This document shows, piece by piece, positions 26,696 to 39,541 of a stretch of 64,000 bases of DNA. The DNA is from Phaeosaccion multiseriatum (taxonomy: Eukaryota; Protista; Ochrophyta, other classes): contig OZ218950.1 in NCBI GenBank assembly GCA_965112735.1, forward strand, positions 930,001 through 994,000, written 5' to 3'. The position numbers and the translations under genes are program-made. Within the stretch, counting starts at the first letter, position 1; every line of letters starts with the position of its first letter. Under the pieces are notes generated by a model. It did no database searches. It was given only the letters and a program-made list of their open reading frames with translations, and was not told the origin of the DNA.

Positions 26696-29347
26696 CTGCT
26701 CGCCCCCCTGGGCCCCACCGTGTGTGCTCAGAGTGCCCCCTCCCTGCCCAGCCGTTGTGGAGGTGCCGGGTAGATAGCCCCGCCACGCCACGGCTAAGTG
26801 CGGCTCCTGGAGAAACAGGCCGCACCACATGAGCAAGCGCCGACTACCCACGGTTCTCAGCACGTCCGGCTGGACCTTCATGAGTTGAGGCGTATGGGTG
26901 GAGCAGAAGGAGTGTTGGAAGCGGTGAAGGAGGACGAGGGGGAGGGAGGAGGAGAAGGAAGGAGATTAGAGGCATATGAGGAGAGATGGGTTCCCAACAC
27001 CCGAAGGGTTTAGGTAACTGCCTCGATCCCTCTGCCTCTATACCTGCAGCGTGAGTTCCTGCTGCTTCCTCAGCACCGTCATGGCCACCGTACCGCCCTC
27101 CCCCCCGTGCGCTGCCATCGCCTTCTCCACCCCGCGCTCCACGTCCTTGCATAGGGTCACGGGTTGCCCATCCACGGCGAGCACGACGTCGCCAGTCTCC
27201 AAGCTCTTGGCCGTGTTGGACTTGGCCAAGCAGCGCCTCACCATGAGCACCTGAAGTGCACATCGGGAGGAGGTTAGAGGCGTATGGGTGAGGGGGAGAG
27301 AGACGTGGAGAGAGGGAGAGAAGCCAATGGGGCAGGGAATGGTACGGTGGGAGACTAAACGCTCCAGCAGAGGAGTGACGCTAGAGACGAGCAGTAAGCA
27401 TACCGCCTGGAACAACCAATGAGGTGAACAACAGGAATCTGAAAGGACTCACCAGCTGGCCGCCCCCGTTGCTCTCCCTGCACTTGACCTTCATCTTGTG
27501 TGCCCACTCCGCACTCAGGCCCATCCCTGCGCACACTTTCCCGAGCGCCACAGTCATCTGAAGGGGGAGTAGGGTAGGGTTGGGTAAGGGGAGGAGAAGG
27601 AGTGTCCAGAGGTTGGGCCAAAGTTTTGAGACAGGCGCGTCTTCGTTTCTGTTTCTCTCTCTCTCTCTCTCTCTCCCTCTCTCTGTTGTCTTTCTCTGGT
27701 ATCGTTCTCCCCTCTCACCAGCTGTGTAGCGCAATAGGTGACGAGCGCCAGCCCCTCCTCCGGCACTTGTCCTGCCTTGGCGCTTCCTCCTCCTTCTGAA
27801 TCACCAACGGCCATAGCTTGCACTTTCAAGGCGTCAAGCTCCTGCCTCAGCCGTGCCAGCACACGCCCCACAATCACCGCGGGCAAGCCTCTGTGCACCT
27901 GCCGCCGCTGCCCCGCGTCCGTATAAGCGAAAGAGAGCCACAGGGCCGCCACCTTGGGCATTTGGGGCGTGTCTCGCGCCTGAAGGTAAAAAGGAAGGAA
28001 GGAAGGAAAGGGACAAAGGAGAGAGGGATTGAGAGAGGCAGGGAGGTAGGGAGGGAGGGAGGGAGGAAGGGAGGGAGGAAGGAACGAAGGAGCGAAGGAG
28101 GTAGGGAGGGAGCGAGAGAGAGGCAGGGAAGTAGAGAGGCAAGGAAGGAAGGAAGGAAGGAAGGAAGGAAGGAGGGAGGGAGGAAGGGAGGGAAGCAAGG
28201 AAGGAAGGAAGGAAGGAAGGAAGGAGGGATGGAGGGATGGAGCGAGAGAGGCAGGGAAGTGGGAGAGGCAAGGAGGGGGTGCGTGGGTAGGAGAAAGGGG
28301 GGGGGAGAGAAATGGAGCAACAGAGAGAAAGCCGTTCGCCTACTACACGGCAGCACGCCAGCACACCACTCTATAGCCGCATCACGTAGCTCAGTGTACC
28401 TGTCGTAGACAGAGCCTGCCACGCGCGCACCCACCCACACACTCACTACTCCCACACTCACCTTGTCTGACGGCGCGTCTTGCCGTCGCCTCTTCTTGGC
28501 TGGTCCCGCCCTTCCACTCCCCGTCTTGTCCCCTTCCCCTCCTCCTCCTCCTCCTCCTCCTCCTCCTCCTCCTCCTCCTCCTCCTCCACCTTCTCCTCCT
28601 CCTCCTCCTCCTCTTCCTCCTCCTCCTTCTCCTCCCCCTCCTCCTCCTCCTCCTCCTCCTACCCTCGCATCATCATCCTTGAGCATAAAGACACCTCCGA
28701 TGCAAGAAGCCACACGGTCGAAATGCAGCGTCTACACGGGTCATGGAGTGGAAAGAGCAAGGCAGACGCATACGAGGGGGGGCGGATTGGTGACGAATGA
28801 CGTAAGTCGCACTCGAGTAGCAGTCAGCCGTCTGTCCGCCTGGCTGGTTCTCACCTCAACCCAAGCTTTAGTCATCGATCTATCCCATAAAAAGAGTAAT
28901 GACATACTAAAAGCCATTGACACATCCTAAAAGTCATTGATCCACCCCCCAGCTCCAATCCTCCTCCTCCGCCTCCCTCAGGCACTCACCTCAACGTTGA
29001 AGGCCGTGTACTGGGGGGGGGCAGAGTCCTTTAGCCGTAGGCGCTCTACCTTTGTCACCAGAGGGCGCTGGTACACCTCAGTCTGGTAGGACGGGAGGGG
29101 AGGGGTGGCAGCAGATGGGAGGGGCAGGAAGAACATACGAGCGAAAAAAGAGGCTGTGAAGGACCCGGTCCATTCCTTCGCTCTCCTTCCCTCTCGTCTG
29201 CCGTGGCCTCTGTCACTCCTCCCCTCGCCCCTTTCTCCCCCTCCCTCACCATGGCAACGCTCAGCCCTAGAAAGTCGAGCTGCAGCCCCACGGGCAAGTC
29301 GTCGTGCTCAAGCAGAGAGGCCTCCCGCACATCCGCAGACGAGGCCC

Positions 29348-29403
<56 letters not shown>

Positions 29404-30614
29404 ATCGCACGGACGGGCACGTGTGGCGCGGTACGAAGAAGCCCACAGGGGTGTGGGTGAGGGGTCAGTATGGTCACTCACTCACTCCCCCACCCACTCA
29501 CTCATTCACTCACTCACTCACTTACACACTCACTCACTCACTCACTCACTCACTCACTCACTCACTCACTCACTCACTCACTCACTCAACTCACACACTT
29601 ACTCCCTCCTTCCCTCCCTCTCTCCTTCCTCCTCCTTCCTTTCTCCCCTCCCTCCGTCCCCCACTCACGAGTCAGGATCGTACTGAAGGATGCAAAAGTT
29701 GTGCACTGGGTGGAAGTACAGCGGCTTGGCAGGCACCTCCAGCACCCCGTTGAAGGTGATGCGAGCGTCGCCCAAGGCGATAGGTACGGTGTTTCGATCC
29801 ACCACCACCAGGCCACGTTGGGTGTCCACGACGATACCCAACCCTTCATAGCTGGGGCACGCAATGCCGTCCATCATGTAAGGGATGTCGAAAGTAACCG
29901 TCACCATGCACTCGCGGATGCGAAGGCTCTCCGCCTTATCAGCAGCTCGCACTGCTCGTGCCGCTCTCTTCCCCTCGCCCTCGTCCTTGTCTTCGCCTTC
30001 CTCCTGCTCCTGCTCCTCCTCCTCCCCCCCTTCTTCGGCATCGCTGTCACCATCAGTGGTCTTTCCCCGTACGACAGCAGCAGCGACTTCCCCTTCATCA
30101 ACGTCCATGTTCGCGGTTTGACCGACCTTGGTCGCTGCCTCCCGCGTACCTCTTTCCTTCTCCTCACCGCCATCCTCGCCACCTCCCTTGGGAGCACCCG
30201 CAGCAGTTGGTGATACAGGAGAAGACGAAGGCGGCAGCGGGCTGGGGGTGGGGTGCCACAGCCCGGTGGCATCATTCAACACGCGACGCTGCATCGGAAA
30301 CCACCGCCTGTCCACCGTAATAACAGCAGTCCTCGTTCTGTTGAGCAGGAGGGGGGGGGGCAGAGAGGGAGAGCAATGGGCCCGTACGACGGGGGTTTGG
30401 GGCATTGATGAAAATCAAGATTGGTCCAAAGAGGGAGGAGGGAGGGGGGATTTGAGGAAGTCAGCGGCCACAAGGACGGGTAGGTACGTAGGCAAGCAGG
30501 CAGGCTAGAAAGGCGGACAGACAGGCAGGCAGGCAAGAAAGGCATACAGACAGACAGACAGGCAGGCAGGCAGGCAGGCAGGCAGACAGGCAGGCAGGCC
30601 GGCAGGCAGGCAAG

Positions 30615-30651
<37 letters not shown>

Positions 30652-30838
30652 CAGACAGACAGACAGGCAGGCAGGCAGGCAGGCAGGCAGACAGGCAAGC
30701 AGGCGGACAGGCGGCAGGTAGACAGGCCAGCAGGCAGGCAGGCAGGTAGACAGGCAGGTAGGCACGCAAACACACAGGCAGGCAGGCCAGCAGACAGGCA
30801 GGCAGGCAGGCCGGCAGGCAGACAGACAGACAGACATG

Positions 30839-30878
<40 letters not shown>

Positions 30879-30908
30879 CGAGGAGGAAGACAGACAGGCA
30901 AGTAGGCA

Positions 30909-30942
<34 letters not shown>

Positions 30943-33439
30943 CAAGAAAGACAGACAGGCAGGCAGGCAAGAAAGGCAGACAGACAGGCAGGCAGGCAGG
31001 CAGGTAGGCAGGCAAGCAGGCAGGCAGACAGGCAGGTAGACAGACAGACAGACAGCTCGTACGAGCTGTGTGTACCTGTGTCGGTCGGCGAGGGCCACGT
31101 AGAGCAGCGACAGACGCGTGCCATCGGGGTGCTTGACGAGGGCCCTCTCGAAAGAGTCCAGGTCGGGGGTGGGGTCCTTGCCCAGCGAGGTGATGAGGCT
31201 GACACAGGCATATGGGTGGGAGGAGGGAGACGGGGGTGCGTGAGCAGGGCTCCGTCATGGGACGAAAGGGAGGGGCCTTTTACCGGAAAAGGGCCAGACA
31301 ATTCTGTCGTTCCCCTCTTCACCTCCAGCACTTCCTCCCCTCACGTGCCCTCTCCACTCTTTCCCCTCCCCTCCCCTCCCCTTCCCTCTGCCCTCCCCCC
31401 TCACCAGTGGCTGGTGACACCCGCTCTGGCCAGCATGTACCCTGACTGAGCCATGAACACGCCCCCCACGGGGAGATTGTAGTTCCTGGCCTGCTGATAG
31501 GACAGAGGATGCACAATGCCAGCGCTCACCTGAGAGGCGTACATGGGGAGAAAGGATACACATGTACACAGGGGAGAGAGAGCAGACAGACAGAGAGAGG
31601 AGAAAGAGATACACACAGATACAGAGAGGGAGAGAGAGAGCGTGGGGAATACCAATGCGTCACGTGATGAGGAGGGATGGGGGAGAGAGAGCTATGGCGC
31701 GCACGTCAGTTCGGGATGGTTGGGGTAGAGCGGAGAGGGAGCATTGAAACGTTTGCTCTTCTGCCGGTGTGGCTTCCTGGCTCGCGCACGCACACACGTA
31801 CTCGCACTCTTACGCACCTCCAAGAAGCAGCTGGGTGTGATGGAGTGCAGGCACTTGACGGTCATCGTCTTCGTCGCCGTCGTTCCCCCTCTTTGGACCT
31901 GCAGATGCATGGGCACAAGCACACACATACGAAGGGACGAAGGCATAAACGGACGGAAGGTCCAGAAGTCAGTGTCGTCTTCCCACAATCCCACATTATT
32001 GACTGACTGAATGTGTGACGTCAGTCTGCCTGCCCCTGACTGACCGACCTACCCACCTGCAGCTGAATCTCTTTGCCGACGTTGTCATCGAATGTCTCTC
32101 CAAGCGGCAGAAAGGCCGTCACCACGCTCTCACCGACGCGAAGAACCACATCCCCAGGCTCAAGCACGCCGTCGCCAGGCCCCCCTGTGCACACACGTGA
32201 GCATCGCACAATGAGGTGAGCATGTGGATAGAGTGCTGTGTGCGAAGGACGACTGTCTGTGACTGTCTGTAACTGTCTGTAACAGTCTGTAAGTGCGGGG
32301 CTTGTTTAGGGCTGGGCCCATCAGTCTCCTTGCACCTTGCAAGATGGGTGGGTTCTCACTCCCCTCTCTCTACTCGGCCGTAGGGGCGAGCAATGCCTGA
32401 GCACTGCCTGAGCCCCACCTCACCTGGGACCACTTGGTCGACGATGAGCATGCCTGTCTCCGAGGGGAGAAGAGAGCGGACCTCCGCCTCGATGGTGGGG
32501 GGCAAGCCCAACCGCCGCACCTGCTCCATGGATGTAGTGCATACAGAGAGACGCAGAGAAAATGAGATGCGGAGAGAGACGGCGACACATTTAGAGAAAG
32601 AGAGAAGGAGGGAGAGGGAAATGGCATGGTGGGAAGGAGGATGCGAAGGTGGTTAAAGGCAAGAATCGCAAGGGTAGGAGAAACAAGTCTCACCTCGTCA
32701 AAGGCTGCGTGCTTGAACACCGTCATGAGTGTCCCCCGCGGCACAGGGACGCCCCTCTGCAGCAGACTCAGCGCTCGCTTCACCCGATGCAGGGGCAGGA
32801 AGAAGCTCGAAGCCCCTTTCTTGGAGGCACCGCAGTTGAGAGCCACCGCCACCCCGTCGATGCTGAGGATGGGGCTTCCACTGCTGCCTCCGCTGCTGCT
32901 GCTGGCCGCGGCAATATAGAAGGTGTTGAAGTCGTTGTAGGACGTGGCACTATAATGAGGGGCGTCCCTGTCCACTCGCGCCAAGATCCCAGGGAGGATA
33001 CTTTGTTTCAAAAGTTGTGTAGTGAGAGCAGAAGCAGCACCAGCAGGGGGGGGGGGCGGGAGGGAGGGAGAGAGGAAGCAAGCAAGCAAGAAAGCATGAG
33101 AGCAGCACCACCACGGTATGCCTTTACGTGGCGCTGTCTGGGTTGTGTGTACGCGTACCTGAGCTTCTCCCCATTGTCGTTGCCGACAACGCGGATGTCC
33201 AGGCCTACCTTGGCCCCCTCGGGATCGAGCTCAATCTCCTCCACTGCCATGAACCGCACCGCCTGTACAGGTATATTGGGGGGGGGGGAGGATGGCAGTG
33301 GACGGGAGGGAGGCAGGGAGGTAGGAAGGGAGGAGGAGTGGTCAGCAAAGGTGGGGCTTGCACCAGACACGTGACACGGCAAGAGTACGAGAGGGTGTCT
33401 GTTCATTGGAGAGAGAGAAATGAGGATGTGCTGAATGTG

Positions 33440-33470
<31 letters not shown>

Positions 33471-34203
33471 TTTCCTCTCTGCTCTGCTGGCCTACCTTGG
33501 GGTCGAACTGATAGAAACCGAAGTCGTGCACGGGGTCCCTGTAAATGGCCTTAAGGTCCACCTCCTCCTTGTTCTTGAAGATGGCATCCGACATGACCGG
33601 CCCTGTGGTGCGAGTGGACGGAGGAGGGAAGACGGTCGATGGAGGAAGAGATTGGGGGAGAGGCAATGAAAAAATACACGTATAAAGCCAAGGGAGCGTG
33701 GGAAGCGGGAGAGGGCGAGAAAGAGAGAAGGAGGGGGGGAGGGAGAGCTGGGGGCGGGTGGGGACGGAAACAAAAAAATGATAGTTCAGGCCTTGAAGCG
33801 GGCGGAGGGGGAGGGAATTGAGCATCGTACCTGGAGTAACGACGTGCCTATTCGTCAGCACAATACCCCTCTTCTTGTCCACGATGAAGCCCGTGGCATA
33901 GCTGTACGACGCCCCGTTCCCGTCAAAGGCTCGCACAGAGCACACGCGAATGACCAAAATGGAGGGGATGGTCTTCTCGAGACATTGGCGCCACCTCAGA
34001 GCGTTGGTGCCGTCCCCCAAACCCTCAGTGATGACGCTACCTAGTACCACCTCTTGTGCTGCAGTGCTCGCGACAGGAAGGGGTGCCGCTTCTTCTGTTC
34101 CGGAGGGATCCATTGACCCCCCCTGCCGAAATTCCTCCTGCATCACGGCTACCCTCTCTGGAGCTCCCTCGACAGCTTTTGCTTCTCTCGGTTTGCCCTC
34201 CAT
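25530..34203 (-). CDS. NMA111: Nma111/DEG7-like HtrA serine protease, tandem copy B
   Basis: [30 protein letters not shown]. Same exon series as copy A; stop at 25530-25532; probable ATG at 34203 (MEGKPREAK). Confidence 0.9.
26425..26634. repeat. (CAC)n/(CAT)n trinucleotide microsatellite, intronic
   Basis: Seen directly after the donor of the GVYVSRW exon; shorter homologue at 17742-17875. Confidence 0.95.
30490..31055. repeat. (CAGG/CAGA)n tetranucleotide expansion of about 560 bp, intronic in copy B
   Basis: Seen directly; the paralogous intron of copy A has only a few such units. Confidence 0.95.
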
Positions 34204-35140
34204 CCTACTTCTAACCTTGCTATCTGCCCACGGCACGTCTTTAAGCCTGGGCTGCTCTGCCTGTCTACGAGCGCTGTGTGGCGCCAACAGTTCTTGAGGA
34301 ACTTGTTCGGACACTCGCGCTAAAGTTCCTAAAAAAAAAAAGGATCTTCCGTGCCGCTGAGTTTACGAGAGGTTCATGTGTAGTCAGGGACCTTATAGAG
34401 AGGACGTCGAGGACTGCTTACTGCTATCCAACCAACCGTTGGAGGAAGAACCCACGCCGCTGTTCGTGTCAAAAAAAATATCCAGGTCGGTCGTCGCCAG
34501 CCTGCTGAAACTGCCCGTACCCCATAGATCACAGTGGCAGGGCGCGTCATCCTCATGTTTGCGTCATTCGGCGGCGATTGGCCGTAGCGCTCCAGCGGGC
34601 CCGACACGAACGATCGATTCGACACAGGATCCTGGCTGGTATCAACTTTGTGCCGATGGGGAGAACTGACGAGTCGGAGGAATACCTCAGTACCTGTTTC
34701 CGAGTGGTGGAAAGCTAGAAACCCGTCTGGGGGCGAAGCTACTGGCTGGGCAAGGCATGCCGATGAGCAGCCGAGCGGCGGTGGAGCATGCTCCATGCGT
34801 GGCTGTCTCTTCTCTCGACTTTTGCCATGTGAAGCCTTCATGAGCTCTCCTCTTTACAGCTGTCGTGTCGCCGTCGCCGGCGGTAAGCTGAATCCGGCCA
34901 TTTGGCCGGCCATACGTTGAAATCGGACAGGCCGACGCCGGCCATGCCGCCATAAGCATGTTTTATCCTGTCCAGGGTCGAATCTCTGATGAAAATGACA
35001 TGGTTCATTTCAAAGTTAATGAGCTCAAAGCCAGCTCCGGAGAACTGGGGCCGGCTGCTCTGCTGTTCTATTTGTGGTCCTTCAGGCGCCAGAGAGAGAG
35101 AGAGAGGCTCAAACACATGAGCACGCACACCTAACGACGG

Positions 35141-36160
35141 TTACACGTCGTCGGCCACGGTTACATCGGACAAGTCCTTCCCAAAGAAGAGCTTCTTGTG
35201 AAGACGGTAGCCAGCCATCCGCATGTCAGCGTAGGCCAGGAAGTCAAAGTCGATGAGGGAGTGTCGCGCCTGAAGAGAGAGGGGGGCAGAGGGGGGCGAG
35301 AGAGACAGAGAGCATGACTTCAACGAGCATCGATTGATAACAATGGCGCATGATGATATCGACGTCAATGAGGCCATGAGCAACGAGGGAGGGCGTTGGT
35401 ACCACATCCCAGGCTCAGGGGTAGGGGCATCTTCTGTTCCATGGCCCTCTTTGCCACGCACCCCCCTCCCCACCTGTCTCTCGGCCTTCCCACCCTGCCT
35501 GCCACCCTGCGCTGCCCCTCTGCCCCTGCTAGCCCCGTCCCTCCCTCCCTCCCTCCCTCCCTCCCTTACCTGAACGACAGCCCACACTGCCCAGAAGATG
35601 TGACTGAGGACGGCCCACTGATTCACACCCGTTCGCAACTCCTCCAAGAGCTCTGCTCGGCGCCTATCGTTGTCACCGTCGCTGCCATTGTCATTGCCAT
35701 TGCTCGTTGAGGAGAGCATCTGCGGGCAGGCGGTATTGAGGTAGGCCTCAATGAAGCGGGTCTGCACTTCTTTGCTCGGGTACCCCTTCTCATAGTCACC
35801 GTCGAAGCCCGCGTGCTTTTTAACAGGAAGGAAGGAAGGAAGGAAGGTAGAGAGAATGAATGCATGCACCAATGAAAGACAGAAAGGGCAACGAAAGTGA
35901 CGAAGAGCGTGGCGGGGAAACGTGGAGGAGAGAACGGGGAGAAACCCTTGTGTACATACTTCGCAAAAATGGTTCCCGAAGTCGAAGCCGCGGTTGTTGT
36001 AGCCTGAGTACTCTGTCAGCACAAGAGTGGAGGAGGAAGAGAGGAAGGCGGTGGTGAGTACGTGCGTCAGTGAGAGCGACTCCTTTTGCATTCCACTCAC
36101 TCGAGACGGGACATCAGCATCGCAGTCTTTGGGGCAGAAATACATTTTTCTTCTCCATTC

Positions 36161-36200
<40 letters not shown>

Positions 36201-37919
36201 ATGTCCCAATCTTCTCTACCTCCCTCTCCCCGTCTTTTCTCTCTCTCTCTCCCTCCCTCCCTCCCTCCCTCCCTCCCTCCCTCTCACTGCTCACCAAAGT
36301 CAATGAACTGCACTCTAGTCCAGCCTTCGCTCCACAAAATGTTACCCCCGAGCAGATCTTGATGACAGAACACCACCTCCCTCAGGAAGGCCTTGGCCGA
36401 AGGAGAGGAACTGACACACACATCCCCATCGCTGCTGGCACTGCTGTTGCTAGGACTCGTCGCGTCGCTCGACGGCTCCAAAGGGTGCTGGCCATGACTT
36501 TTGCCCATGAGACTCGCTTCTAACCACTCCGCTTGAGCCCCGAGACTGCCTAGGTTTAGCTTGAGGAGGGCATCAGCCTTGGTGCTATCGTCAGGGAAGG
36601 ACACCTCTGTGGGACACGACAAGGCACACACCGACAAGACGCACCACCAATACCACCACAGGACGGAGCAGAGCAAGCGGAGGGTGGAAATGTGAGGAGA
36701 GCAAGAGAAAGGGGAGTGAGTATATGCCATGCCTCCAAGTGAACGTGAGGGAACGAGAAAAGGAGGGACATGAATGACTGGGTTGGGTTGAGCGCGGAGC
36801 ATTGAAAGTTACCTTTGGCGAGCTCTAACCAGCGCTTCAGGAGGATAGACCCGTTCGTTTCGAACGTAATGCCGGCGCTGGCGACACTTTCCTCTCCCCC
36901 GGGCCGCAGCTTATGCAATCGAGCCATCTCAGAAGCGATGAATGTGGAGATGTCAGGGAGGCCGAGCTCGTTCGCCTTGAGTTCTCTGGGCATTCATTTA
37001 ATGTTGGCATGGCGCGAGAGAAGCGGGTGGGCAAAGGAGGAGGCAGTGGTGAGAGAACGGAGTCAAAGGAAGCACATCGAGGGTGGGACGAAGGGGTCAG
37101 GAGGGTCGAGGAAGGAGAAAAGCAAAGCAAGCTCGTATGACCCAATCACTGCCGTTGCTTGGCTATCACAGGGAGGGGGCGAGGAGCAATCGGTCTACAT
37201 GTACAGCGCAAGGAAGGATGGCGAGCTTCATTTACCTGGCTTGGATGTAGCCTTCGAGCCGTCCGTTCTCAAAGCGGCCGTGGTAGGTGGGCCCAAAGCC
37301 AGTTACTGACAGCTCTGCCAAGAGGGCGTTGTCTCGCTCCCTGCAGAAAAGTGGAGGGAAGGAGAAGGAAGGACGGGGGCAGTTAGCTCAGTAGCAGCAG
37401 TAGCAGCCGCAGCAGCAGCGCGCAGTGAATTCCGACGCGGGCGAGAAGACAAACACGTATACGGAGGGGGGTTTAGAAAGAGGGAGAGAAAAAGAACAGA
37501 GAGTAACATACGGCCAGAGGGGGACTCGAGTGGTGAACGACAAATAAGAGGACGGAAGGGGCGTCGCATGGCATGTCATATGCCTCCGTTGTCTCTTACC
37601 TATCGATGAGGACCTCCGAATTCACCCCGTATACTCGGGCAAGGACGTCGTGGCCGGCGGAGCCTGCCGCAGGCTCTGCGGTGGGCTCTCCGTGCAGGAG
37701 AAAGAGCATATTCGTAAGGGCCCCGCTGATCATCCTCACCGTCACCTGATCATCAGAGAGGGTGTCCCACACCCCTCCCACAATGCTTCGGACCACCTTC
37801 TTTAAGGCGCGGTCCCTCGCCTCTGCCCCTTCTTCGAGCGGCACTCGGACTGCAAGGCTCTTTCTTGGATTGTTAAGAAATATCCCCCCCCCCTCCTCAT
37901 GGTCCGAACCATCAGGCAT
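35141..37919 (-). CDS. Choline/ethanolamine kinase, multi-exon
   Basis: ISGALTNMLF, VLARVYG, GRFENGRLEGYI, IASEMARLHKL, Brenner motif VVFCHQDLLGGNIL, choline kinase motif VQFIDF|EYSGYNNRGFDFGNHFCE, HIFWAVWAVVQ, and IDFDFLAYA. Confidence 0.92.
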
Positions 37920-38379
37920 TTGCTGCGCGAACTGGGACCAAATCCCGACCAAATCCCAGGATGAAAGCATAGCAGTTGGTGATATGCAAATTTTGGAGGT
38001 GTATAGGCCGGAGGGTGACTGGAGTTCTGGGGTTTGCCACCCCCATTCTATCAGCCTTTCCTCGACGCCCCACTTTTCACCACTCTACAGCAGCCGTGTC
38101 TATGAAGCTTTTAGAGTAGGAGGGCCTGCGTTGCGGGGGCGGGTCATGAGTTGCATCAATGGAAATCCCCCTGGTTCGTCTTGTCCTTGAAGAGTGAGGA
38201 CCTGTGAGGGGGAGGCTTCGTCTCCCCACGTGACAGATAGGCATACGGGAGAAAAAGATATCTCTCCCTGCTGCTCGAGGGAAAGCTTCAGTGAGGACGA
38301 AAGACGGAAGAGCAGCAGAAGAAGCAGGAGAAAGAAGAATTCTCTTCTGAAAGAAAAAATAAATAGACGGGTGACGACC

Positions 38380-38564
38380 ATGATGGCTCCACCCCCTCCC
38401 TCATTGGCCCTTTCACCGCCCTTTGCAGCAGCAGCAGGAGCAGCAGCAGCGGGAGGAGGAGGAGGAGTGATAGTAATCCCTGCTCCTCCCGTGCCTGATC
38501 TACCCACGACGTTGCATAAACGTGAGCTCCAGCAGCAGCAGCACCTGCAGCAACCATTAGTGTC

Positions 38565-38615
<51 letters not shown>

Positions 38616-39495
38616 GCAGCAACAGCAGCAGCAACAGCAGCAGCCACCACCAGCAGTACCACAGCAGCAGCAACAGCAGCAGAGGCGGCGGCGGCGAGCA
38701 CAGCAAAGGTACGCTGATGTGGGGCCGGTCAAGTGCAGACTGTTCGATGCGGTGCTGGCCGGTGGGGCCGGGGGAAGAGGCTGGGCAAAGTACTGGGAGA
38801 CGCTGGGAGGCTTCCTTCGAGGGGAAAGAGGGAAGGAGGAGCTAGACGAGGCCGTCCGGGAAGCGCTGGGTCGGGGCAGCAGCGTCAAGTATCACAACGA
38901 CCTCATCAAGGTGAGCCATTGGCTGCTTACTTCCATCCTTGATGAGCCATTGGCTGCTTACTTCGATCTCTTCTGGGGGTTGGTGGTAGCATTAGGAGCA
39001 GCAGCCGAGTTTAAATCTGTAGAAGAAAGGAGCAGGAGGAGGAGGAGTAGTAGTGCTCAACTTCCCCTCTCTCGTTTGTCACGCTGCATCCCCTAAACTC
39101 GCTGCTGCTGCTGCTCTGCTGCTGCTGCTGCTCTGCTGCTGCTGCTGCTCTGCTGCTGCTGCTGCTCTGCTGCTTCTTGTGTGTGCGACGTACACAGGTG
39201 CTCATAAACAATGCCCATTGCATCAAAGTGCCGCACTCTCTCCAGCAAGTGTCTCAGAAATTCCTTCAACACAGGCCTCCTCCCACTCGTGGTGGCACAT
39301 TCTCCCCGTCCTACAAGAGGAGCCGGGTGCCGCCTTCGTCGCCCCTTCCTTCGCATCCATCATCGGCACTCGCATTAACATCGCCTGCACCTGCGGCATC
39401 AGCAGTTGGTGATACAGCAGCAGCTGCAGGCGGGCCAAGTGGGGCCCTTCTCAAGACTCAGGCGGTTGTTAAAGATGAGCCGGTAAAGGGGTGGG

Positions 39496-39541
<46 letters not shown>

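Noticed and set aside
26228-26832. Poly-His/poly-Ile/poly-Met ORFs
   Set aside because: Translations of an intronic (CAT)n microsatellite.
30276-31331. Long LPAC-repeat ORFs
   Set aside because: Stop-free translation of the intronic (CAGG)n expansion.
34374-35128. ORFs between protease copy B and the kinase
   Set aside because: No recognisable homology or coding signature; probably promoter or UTR.
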